DNA from: an uncultured bacterium
GTDB lineage: Bacteria > Planctomycetota > UBA8108 > UBA1146
DNA length: 64,000 nt
Assembly: GCA_913056395.1 (NCBI GenBank)
Contig: CAJXMG010000012.1
Location: forward strand, 8,659-72,658
Direction of reading: 5' to 3'
Each line of letters opens with the position of its first letter. Within the stretch, counting starts at the first letter, position 1. The position numbers were made by a program, and so were the translations under genes. A model generated the notes under the pieces. The model did not search any database. It was not told where the DNA came from and saw only the letters and a program-made list of their open reading frames with translations. Below, piece after piece: positions 49,049 through 57,305 of the stretch.

Positions 49049-51523
49049 TTAATCTGAAAGTTGCGGTTCGATTCCTGCATCCCTGCAGATGCTTTCAATG
49101 TTGCTGCGGCGGTATTGCTGCATCGTCGGTAATTCGTCGCCGATTTCATCCAGTTCGAGGAGAATCTTGCGCGCTTCTTCCCAATTGGAAGTCAAGCTGA
49201 GAAGCCTTGCCCTCGCTTCCAAAGCGTCAAAAGCATGTTCAGGTCGAACCTCTATCAGGTCGAGACTGGTCCCCGCTTCCATCAATAGCTTTTCAGCAAC
49301 TCCGCTTTGGCCCGATCTCAATAGTATAGAAGCGAGGCGGGCGAATGACCTTGCACAAAGAGGGTGTTGAATCACGTGAGTTTGCCGGACTGTGACGAGG
49401 GCTTCCCGGGCCAGTTGCTCTGCCTCATTAACGCGACCGAGTCTTTGTTGACAGCAGGCGAGAGCTCTTTGATATCGCGCTGTAACACTGGACTTTTCGC
49501 CATTCAAATCGTTTTGAATTTGAATGGCCTCCTCAAGATACGTTTTGGCTCTCTCAAGTTGATCTTCCTGAACTCCTTCTCGCTCACATTCGAGATGAAG
49601 TCCTGCCATCTGAAAGAGGCATTCGGTTCTTTCTACGGATTGAAGTCCCCGGCTGGTTTCCTCTGCTTTCGCGAGGGTTTTTTCAGCCTCTAACCAGTCT
49701 CCCTGATAGGAAAAACTTCGAGCAAGACCCAGTAGTCCTGTCATTGTTCTGCTTCCAGGTTGATCTTTCAGGTTGAGGAGTAGGTCACTGTAAAATTCTT
49801 CAGCTCTAAACCAGTCTCCACGAAGATTCAGTAACTGGGCCAATTCCAACTGGACCGACGTGAAGAGATCTATATCGCTTTGCAAAACAGGTTGGTCGAG
49901 AGCTTCTTGCAGTGTTTCCTCGGCTTGACTCAGCCGGCGTATTTGAATCTGAGCATATGAGAGTTGGCGTAGGGTTCGGACGTAGTCTTCGCCAGGCCAA
50001 TGGGGGTGTCTTCTGCGGATCTCTCTTTCATTTTCGAGAAGCAGAACCGCCCTTTCGGGACTGCCGGTTTGAAGAAGAACCGAAGCCATCGTTGCCAAGA
50101 GTGTTACTCGAATTTCCGGTTGCTCGGGGCCTCCATCAACAAGTTGGTTAGCACCCCGATCCAACAGGTCTTGCGCGTCAATGCGGTGAAGCGAAGTGTT
50201 TTCTTGGCCGGGTTCAATGAAAAGATCTGTGAGGAATTGAGTAACAGCCCTCGATCGCTTGGCGATTTCCAGAGCTTCCCGAGTTGCTTCAGCATCTCTT
50301 GCACGTGACTTCTGAATCTCCCGAATCAATGCTGAAACTTTGCCTGCACTTGCCGGACGTTGTTCTAAATCACGATTCATCGCCTTGCGGCAAACATCAG
50401 CTAGGTCTTCCGGAGTACCTGGAGCTAGTTCGAGAATGTCTGCAGGAGGACCCTCTTTGAGTTTTTTCAAGACCCTGTGTGCGGGCATTGGGCCACTGTT
50501 AGCTGACCGGTAGGGGGCATAGCCCGTCAATATCTCATAAAGTATTGATCCGAGTGCGTAGACGTCAGCGGAAGGGCCAATTTTTGCAGTATCGGGTTGG
50601 GCCTGCTCAGGTGACATGTACGAAGGTGTGCCGACAACTGCACCATCCCGTGTGACAATTGTGGAGCCGTCAGGGCTGGTTTCTTCGAGGTCCTCGATTT
50701 TTCCGTGAATAGGGTCCTCTTCTTGGTCGTCAATCTTGCGGGCCAAACCCCAGTCCATCACATAGGTTTCACCAAATTTACCGACCATGATGTTTGACGG
50801 CTTGAGATCCCTGTGGACCACACCTTTGTCATGGGCGAATTCCATCGTATCGCACACTTTTAGAAATGTTTCCAGGAGACGGTTCAAATCCCATTCAGGG
50901 TCCCCATCTCGAAATGAAAGCATGACGTCTCGAAGTTCCTGCCCCTCGATACGATCCATCGTAAAGAAAAAGCGACCGTCTTCTGCACACGACAAATCAT
51001 GAACAGCGACTATTCCAGGGTGAGTCAATTGAGCGGTAATTTTGGCTTCTCGAATGAATCGCTGTGTCCTTTGTGAAGGGGCGATTCCGTCGCTGTTTCC
51101 GAGGATGACCTTCATGGCCACTTGCCGTTGAAGAACTGGGTCTAATGCCTGCAGGATCACACCCATGCCTCCACGAGCGATTTCTTCCTGAATTCTATAG
51201 CGTCCTTGTTCAGGGATGAGGGGGGTAGAGGACTCTCCTCCATACGAGGGAGTGATGGAGAGGTCATCGCTGTAACGATCGAGAAGTAATCCTGCAAGAC
51301 CTTCGGGGCTTTGGTTGGGCGTGTTGCCCTTTTTATTAATTCCGAGTCGTTTTTTTCGACGTTCCATGTAACGGGCCAATTGATCCATCAACTCTGCTTC
51401 AAGCTCAGGTTGTGCCTTGCACGCTCTTTCGACAGCCTCGTCGATGGAGGTATTTCCTGCGAGAAGTCTGGCAAAAACCAGCTCTGCCTCAGATAGATCC
51501 TCGTCGTCGTATTCGTTGCTCAC
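49049..51523 (-). CDS. Hanks-type Ser/Thr protein kinase with C-terminal TPR repeats
   Basis: ARGGMG, VAMK, HRDLKPSN, DWGLA, GTPSYMSPE, DVYALG; TPR-like helical C-terminus; no obvious TM helix. Confidence 0.93.
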   Translation of the reverse strand: MSNEYDDEDLSEAELVFARLLAGNTSIDEAVERACKAQPELEAELMDQLARYMERRKKRLGINKKGNTPNQSPEGLAGLLLDRYSDDLSITPSYGGESSTPLIPEQGRYRIQEEIARGGMGVILQALDPVLQRQVAMKVILGNSDGIAPSQRTQRFIREAKITAQLTHPGIVAVHDLSCAEDGRFFFTMDRIEGQELRDVMLSFRDGDPEWDLNRLLETFLKVCDTMEFAHDKGVVHRDLKPSNIMVGKFGETYVMDWGLARKIDDQEEDPIHGKIEDLEETSPDGSTIVTRDGAVVGTPSYMSPEQAQPDTAKIGPSADVYALGSILYEILTGYAPYRSANSGPMPAHRVLKKLKEGPPADILELAPGTPEDLADVCRKAMNRDLEQRPASAGKVSALIREIQKSRARDAEATREALEIAKRSRAVTQFLTDLFIEPGQENTSLHRIDAQDLLDRGANQLVDGGPEQPEIRVTLLATMASVLLQTGSPERAVLLLENEREIRRRHPHWPGEDYVRTLRQLSYAQIQIRRLSQAEETLQEALDQPVLQSDIDLFTSVQLELAQLLNLRGDWFRAEEFYSDLLLNLKDQPGSRTMTGLLGLARSFSYQGDWLEAEKTLAKAEETSRGLQSVERTECLFQMAGLHLECEREGVQEDQLERAKTYLEEAIQIQNDLNGEKSSVTARYQRALACCQQRLGRVNEAEQLAREALVTVRQTHVIQHPLCARSFARLASILLRSGQSGVAEKLLMEAGTSLDLIEVRPEHAFDALEARARLLSLTSNWEEARKILLELDEIGDELPTMQQYRRSNIESICRDAGIEPQLSD

Positions 51524-51593
51524 CCGATTTGCTTCCCAATCTGGGGATGATCCCCGCTCTCTTTTTCGCTATCATGCCCTTCAGGAGGCCGCC

Positions 51594-52316
51594 ATGACAG
51601 ATCCTGATACAGGGGAAAATGCAGAACTGCCAGAGGAAGACTCTCAGTCGCCAGAGGGGAATCCACCGGAGGACGTTCCCAATGATCACGATAAAAGTGC
51701 AGAAGAATGGCTTCCTGAATTTGTTGCGGGAGACGAAGAGGCATACGGAAGATTGATTCATCAGGAGTTGCCTCGTTTAAGACGACCTGTGGAAAATCGT
51801 TTGGGACCTGATCTTCGGCGGAGAATCGACCCCAGCGATGTCCTTCAGCAGGCTGCTCTGGATGTTTATAAGTTACGTGACAAGTTTGAGGATCGCGGTC
51901 TTCCTGCATTCAGGGCATGGCTGAAGCAAGTCACCATGAACAATCTCAACCGCCTCATAGAAAAAGAACTGGCACAGAAACGAGATCCGCGTAAAGAAAA
52001 GCGGCGAGCAAAGAATTCTGGGAAAAGCCGTTCGATCGATCCTCTGGGGCATCTCGCCGCTTCCATCTCCTCGCCATCGGCTGGGGCCCAACGGGAGGAA
52101 GCTCTCGATCTTCTTGAGCGCTGTCTGGATATGCTTGGGGACGATGATCGAGAATTGTTGGCTTGGATTGATCAAGAGGGGGTTTCCTACGAGGAAGCGG
52201 CTCGTCGATTATCTATCAATATTGAGGCGACGCGGAGAAGACACAGTCGTGCGATTGCCCGATTGAGAAAGATCGCTGATACCATCCGCTCCGCAAGGCC
52301 GGGGGATGGGGTCTGA
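51594..52316 (+). CDS. ECF RNA polymerase sigma-70 factor, Planctomycete-type
   Basis: AGDEEA, RLGPDLRRRIDPSDVLQ, FRAWL, KRDPRKE, SPS, region 4 HTH (SYEEAA...ATRRRHSRA..RL); CAGGAGG RBS. Confidence 0.9.
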   Translation: MTDPDTGENAELPEEDSQSPEGNPPEDVPNDHDKSAEEWLPEFVAGDEEAYGRLIHQELPRLRRPVENRLGPDLRRRIDPSDVLQQAALDVYKLRDKFEDRGLPAFRAWLKQVTMNNLNRLIEKELAQKRDPRKEKRRAKNSGKSRSIDPLGHLAASISSPSAGAQREEALDLLERCLDMLGDDDRELLAWIDQEGVSYEEAARRLSINIEATRRRHSRAIARLRKIADTIRSARPGDGV

Positions 52317-52362
52317 ACTCCCATATTTTTGCAGATATCTCCCGGGTTCTCCTCCGGTCTTC

Positions 52363-52390
52363 TTGACGCTGAAAACCTGAGTCCTAGCAT
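52363..52390 (+). promoter_or_regulatory. Putative promoter of kgd/sucA (TTGACG-N16-TAGCAT)
   Basis: TTGACG 52363-52368, TAGCAT 52385-52390. Confidence 0.55.
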
Positions 52391-52465
52391 CTCATTGGGG
52401 CCGGAATCCTGCTCCTGCCGGTCGTTGGGCCGACAACTGCCTCTTTCCTCTTCATGGGAGGTCTC

Positions 52466-55400
52466 GTGGATCGTTTTGGATCAAACTCGGGATATGTGGA
52501 TGCTCTTTATGAGCAGTTCAGGCGTGACCCTGCCAGTGTCAGTGCCGCCTGGAGAGAGTTTTTTGATGGATATGAAGCCTCCGCTTCAGATTCTGTGAGC
52601 AAAGGGTCAGAAACTCGCTCTCAGGATCCTCTTCCGCAACCTTCACAGGTGATTCGTTCTGCAGGTGGGGGTTCGACAGCCACCCGTGAATCAGCGCTAC
52701 AGAAGCCGGAGGTGTCCGAGGATGGAGCAGCCGCTCCTGAGGGCCCGGTTCTAGAACCTCTCAAGGGGGTCGCTGGCAAGATCGCCGAGAATATGCAGGA
52801 GAGTACCGATGTTCCCACAGCGACGACGGTTCGAAGTGTTCCCGTTCGTTTGCTGGAGGAAAATCGCAAGATCATCAATGAGCATCAGTTGGCATGGGCC
52901 CGTCCGAAGGTGTCCTTCACCCATATCATCGCTTTTGCTCTGGTCAGGGGGTTGGCAAAGCATCCTGGCATGAATCATGGATTCAAGTATGTGGATGGGG
53001 TTCCCCATCAGATCACTCGGGAACACACACACATCGGAATCGCTGTCGACGTCGAACGAAGAGGTCAACGGTCTCTGGTGGTTCCAAATATCAAGGCCGC
53101 AGAAACGATGGGGTTCCGCAAGTTCCTCGCCTCTTACAATGATCTCGTTTCACGGGCACGCCGCGGCAAGTTGACGATGGATGACTTTGCCGGGACTTCT
53201 GTTTCGATCACTAATCCAGGGATGCTGGGAACGACGATGTCCGTCCCCAGATTGATGGCCGAACAGGGAGCCATTTTCGGCATCGGTTCCATCGAGTATC
53301 CCCCGTCCTGTGCAGGGATGTCACCGAATCAGGTTGGGGCATTGGGTCTTTCCAAGGTGATGACCCTGACCAGCACCTATGACCATCGGGTGATTCAGGG
53401 TGCCGCTTCTGGTGCGTTCCTGGCGACGGTCGAGAAATACCTTTTGGGTGAAGATCGCTTTTACGAGCAGATTTTCGAAGAGTTGGATGTTCCCCACGAA
53501 CCCTACCAGTGGTCTCAGGAAGAAGTTTCTTCGGGCAGTGCGGAGGATACGAACTCCCTTGCCTATCGACAGGCCAAGGTTTTGCAACTGGTCGAAGCCT
53601 ACCGCACACGGGGGCACCGCGTTGCCCACCTCGATCCTTTGGGGGGGAGCCCCGCACCCGATCCGGATCTTGAACTGAGCAGTTATGGACTCAGCATTTG
53701 GGATCTGGATCGTTCATTCCTTTGTGGAGGAGTGGCAGGACAGGAGAGACCCCGTCAACTGAGAGAGATCATCGACATTCTGCGTCGAACCTACACGGGA
53801 TACGTGGGAGTTGAGTTTGCCCACATCTCTGATTCAGAGGAGCGCAACTGGCTTCAGGACCGGATGGAGCAGACTGAAAATCATGAAGATCTGACCATCG
53901 ACGAAAAGCTTCACATTTTGAAAAAGCTCAATGAGGCTGAGGCGTTTGAAAAATTCCTTCACTCCAGTTACGTGGGGGCAAAACGATTCAGCCTTGAGGG
54001 AACAGAAGCCCTGATTCCTGCACTGGATGCCATCCTTTCCTGTTGTTCCTCTCACGGGGTTCAGGACGTTTTTCTGGGGATGGCTCACAGGGGCAGGCTG
54101 AATGTCCTCGTCAACATTCTCGGTAAATCCTTGCAGCAGGTCTTTGAGGAGTTTGAAGATTTTGACTCCGAAACACCTGAAGGTTCCGGCGATGTGAAGT
54201 ATCACCTCGGAGCCAGCGGTGAGTATCAAGGCACTGGTGGCGGTCCTGTTCGAGTGACCCTTGCCAGCAACCCGAGTCATCTGGAATCGGTTTGTCCAGT
54301 GGTGACCGGCATGGCCAGAGCGCTTCAGGATCGCAATACCGAGCAACGAAACGTGTTGCCCCTGTTGATTCACGGCGATGCAGCTCTTGCTGGACAGGGA
54401 GTGACCTACGAGACCCTCAACATGTCTCAGTTGGACGGATACTCCACCGGCGGGTCGGTGCATCTGGTGATCAACAACCAGATCGGATTCACCACCTCTC
54501 CCGGAGAGGGTCGATCCAGTCGCTACTGCACTGATTTGGCAAAGTCCATCGAGGCACCTGTTTTCCACGTCAATGCGGATCACCCGCAAATGGTTGTGCG
54601 CATGATTCGCCTCGCTTTTGAATACCGCCACAAGTTTGGCAAGGATGTCTTCATCGATTTGGTGGGCTATCGTCGCTGGGGCCACAATGAAGGTGACGAG
54701 CCCGGTTACACCCAGCCTCTGATGACAGCCAAAATCGAAAGTCACCGCTCCGTGCGAAAACTGGCTACCGAACGACTGTTGGCACGGGAGGAAATCGACC
54801 TTGAAACTGCTGAGCAGATGCTTTCCGAGTTCCAGACGATTCTGAATGATTCCCTCAAGTCTGTAAAAGAGACGGTTGCTGTAGAAAGAACGGTCACCAC
54901 TCGCCCGGACAATGAAGAAATTGAGGGAGTGGCTTCGCCTTCGATTTCGACGGCGGTCACCGCTGAGGAATTGGAGCTGCTCTTGGCTGAGGTCACGAGG
55001 ACCCCGGATCGATTCCAGTTGCATCCGAAGTTGTTGAACCAGTTCCAGCGTCGTCTGGAGCTGGCACGATCCGGTGCCATCGATTGGGGACTTGCTGAGT
55101 TGTGTGCCTTCGGCTCTCTGGTTCGCGAGGGATCACCGGTACGACTCTCCGGAGAGGACAGCGGGCGTGGAACATTCAGTCAACGTCACGCTGAACTGAC
55201 CGATGTGGACACGGGACTCCGACATGTTCCTCTGGCTCACATCACTGGAGCCAAGGCTCCCTTCCAGGTTTACAATTCACTGCTATCCGAGTTTGGAGTG
55301 CTGGGATTCGATTATGGATACAGCGTACAGGCTCCGGAGTCTTTGACCCTTTGGGAAGCACAGTTTGGTGACTTCTCCAATGGTGCACAGGTCATCATTG

Positions 55401-56104
55401 ACCAATATATTTCCAGTGCGGAAGAAAAGTGGCGTCAGACCTCCAATCTGACCCTGCTATTGCCACACGGATACGAGGGACAGGGACCGGAACATTCCAG
55501 TGCCAGGCTGGAGCGATTCCTTCAGCTGTGCGCAGAGGGCAATTTGCGTGTGGTGCAACCGAGTAATGCTGCGCAATATTTCCACACTCTCCGTAGGCAG
55601 GTTCATGAAGCTGTCAGGAAGCCCCTGATCGTCTTGACTCCGAAAGGTCTCTTGCGACTTCCGGCAGCGCGCAGCACTGCTCCGGAGTTTACGGATCGTG
55701 GTTTCCAGGAAGTCCTTGTCGACGGTCAGCCAGGTGCCCACATTCGCAAGGTACTGATCGCTTCAGGCCGGGTCATTTACGACCTGTTACAGGAACGGGC
55801 TTCCCGCGAGGCGAATGACGTTCTGATCGTCAGGCTCGAACAGTTCTACCCATTCCCACGTGCGGCCTTGCAGGCTGTGATGCAGTCCCTTCCTGAGGAT
55901 TGCGACGTCCGTTGGGTGCAGGATGAACCCCGAAACATGGGAGCATGGTCCTTCCTTCGGGATCGCGATGGCGGTTTCCTCGCTGGCGGACGCAGAGTGA
56001 CATACATCGGTCGAGCTTGGAGTGCGAGCCCGGCCAGCGGATCCAAATCGGTCCATGATCGAGAACAGGAAGATCTGATTCGCCGGGCATTCGCGGACTC
56101 TTGA
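52466..56104 (+). CDS. kgd: Multifunctional 2-oxoglutarate dehydrogenase E1 fused to an E2 succinyltransferase catalytic domain (KGD/OdhA type)
   Basis: FG.N..YV..LY N-terminus; E2 domain TSTYDHRVIQGA; E1 motifs KRFSLEG, MAHRGRLN, GDVKYH, HGDAA, GHNE.D, WEAQFGDF, GPEHSSAR; no lipoyl domain; GTG after GGAGG. Confidence 0.95.
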   Translation: MDRFGSNSGYVDALYEQFRRDPASVSAAWREFFDGYEASASDSVSKGSETRSQDPLPQPSQVIRSAGGGSTATRESALQKPEVSEDGAAAPEGPVLEPLKGVAGKIAENMQESTDVPTATTVRSVPVRLLEENRKIINEHQLAWARPKVSFTHIIAFALVRGLAKHPGMNHGFKYVDGVPHQITREHTHIGIAVDVERRGQRSLVVPNIKAAETMGFRKFLASYNDLVSRARRGKLTMDDFAGTSVSITNPGMLGTTMSVPRLMAEQGAIFGIGSIEYPPSCAGMSPNQVGALGLSKVMTLTSTYDHRVIQGAASGAFLATVEKYLLGEDRFYEQIFEELDVPHEPYQWSQEEVSSGSAEDTNSLAYRQAKVLQLVEAYRTRGHRVAHLDPLGGSPAPDPDLELSSYGLSIWDLDRSFLCGGVAGQERPRQLREIIDILRRTYTGYVGVEFAHISDSEERNWLQDRMEQTENHEDLTIDEKLHILKKLNEAEAFEKFLHSSYVGAKRFSLEGTEALIPALDAILSCCSSHGVQDVFLGMAHRGRLNVLVNILGKSLQQVFEEFEDFDSETPEGSGDVKYHLGASGEYQGTGGGPVRVTLASNPSHLESVCPVVTGMARALQDRNTEQRNVLPLLIHGDAALAGQGVTYETLNMSQLDGYSTGGSVHLVINNQIGFTTSPGEGRSSRYCTDLAKSIEAPVFHVNADHPQMVVRMIRLAFEYRHKFGKDVFIDLVGYRRWGHNEGDEPGYTQPLMTAKIESHRSVRKLATERLLAREEIDLETAEQMLSEFQTILNDSLKSVKETVAVERTVTTRPDNEEIEGVASPSISTAVTAEELELLLAEVTRTPDRFQLHPKLLNQFQRRLELARSGAIDWGLAELCAFGSLVREGSPVRLSGEDSGRGTFSQRHAELTDVDTGLRHVPLAHITGAKAPFQVYNSLLSEFGVLGFDYGYSVQAPESLTLWEAQFGDFSNGAQVIIDQYISSAEEKWRQTSNLTLLLPHGYEGQGPEHSSARLERFLQLCAEGNLRVVQPSNAAQYFHTLRRQVHEAVRKPLIVLTPKGLLRLPAARSTAPEFTDRGFQEVLVDGQPGAHIRKVLIASGRVIYDLLQERASREANDVLIVRLEQFYPFPRAALQAVMQSLPEDCDVRWVQDEPRNMGAWSFLRDRDGGFLAGGRRVTYIGRAWSASPASGSKSVHDREQEDLIRRAFADS

Positions 56105-56111
56105 GAAATGG

Positions 56112-57305
56112 GTGAAACACGTGGGTGATTCCACAGATTTCTATCTTCGATCGACTGCGGCCCTGAACGACTTCATGTCTCAGGCCCGCAGTGACGGTCG
56201 TTATGGAATCGATTTGGAATTCATTCGTGAAAAATCCTACTACCCCAAACTCGCATTGATTCAAATCTCTGTGGGTGAAGAACTTCGTTTGATCGATCCT
56301 CTCACCGAGATTTCCCTCGAGCCGATTCTGGAGACGGTTTGCGACGAGAAAATCGTCAAGATCGTTCATGCCGGTGGACAGGACATGGAAATCATGGAGT
56401 TGGAATCGGGTGAAACCCCGGCCAACGTCTTTGACACCCAGATCGCCGCAGCCTTTCTGGGGCTGGGATTACAGCCTGCTTACTCTGTCACCTGTGAACG
56501 CATTCTGGGCAAATTTGTCGAGAAGGGGGAGTCGTGGACCGATTGGCTCAAGCGGCCCCTGACTGCAAATCAGGAATCCTATGCCATCGACGACGTTCGC
56601 CATTTGATCCCCTTGCACGAGGCTTTGACTGAAAAGCTGGGATCAGAAAATCGCCTGAACTGGGCTTTGGCTGAGATGGAAAAGTACGATCGCAGGGAAA
56701 CATACCATCCGCCTGTGGAATCGAGTCTGAAGAAGGTCAAAAGGTCCGGAAGCCTCGATGCGAGGGGCTTGTCCCAACTAGGATTTCTGTATGAGTGGCG
56801 TGAATCGGAAGCGAGTCGTCAGGACCGGCCCCGTCGCAGGATTCTTCCCGACGAAATTCTCGTCGAGTTGGCGCGCAGGGCTCCATCCAATTCCGAATCC
56901 CTGAGATCTCTTCGGGGACTGGATTCCCGGGATGCCCGTCGATATGGAGACGGAATCCTGAAAGCGATTTCGAGAGGTCGATCGATTCCCGCAACTGAGA
57001 TCCCGGAGATCAAGCGCAGGCGTCGATTGGAACCGGAAGAGGAAGCTGCCCTGGAGTTGGCAACGTCTGCTCTTAGAGCCTTGTGCAGGGCAGAGCGGAT
57101 TGCACCACCCCTTGTCGGAAATAATGCCGATGTGGAAGACCTGATCCGGGCAAAGGCCGCAGGAGAGACCCAGTCCGATTCACTGAAACTTCTCAGTGGC
57201 TGGCGAGGCGAACTTTTTGGTGAGCGAATTGTCGCATTCCTGTCGGGCCAGTCCGTCCTGAGGATCGATGCCGAAACGGGCTACCCCGTTCTGGAAGATC
57301 GCTAG
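56112..57305 (+). CDS. rnd: Ribonuclease D
   Basis: IDLEF.RE..YYP.L.LIQ, H...QD, FDTQIAA, TDWLKRPL...Q..YA.DDV, HRDC domain, GWR. Confidence 0.93.
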   Translation: MKHVGDSTDFYLRSTAALNDFMSQARSDGRYGIDLEFIREKSYYPKLALIQISVGEELRLIDPLTEISLEPILETVCDEKIVKIVHAGGQDMEIMELESGETPANVFDTQIAAAFLGLGLQPAYSVTCERILGKFVEKGESWTDWLKRPLTANQESYAIDDVRHLIPLHEALTEKLGSENRLNWALAEMEKYDRRETYHPPVESSLKKVKRSGSLDARGLSQLGFLYEWRESEASRQDRPRRRILPDEILVELARRAPSNSESLRSLRGLDSRDARRYGDGILKAISRGRSIPATEIPEIKRRRRLEPEEEAALELATSALRALCRAERIAPPLVGNNADVEDLIRAKAAGETQSDSLKLLSGWRGELFGERIVAFLSGQSVLRIDAETGYPVLEDR

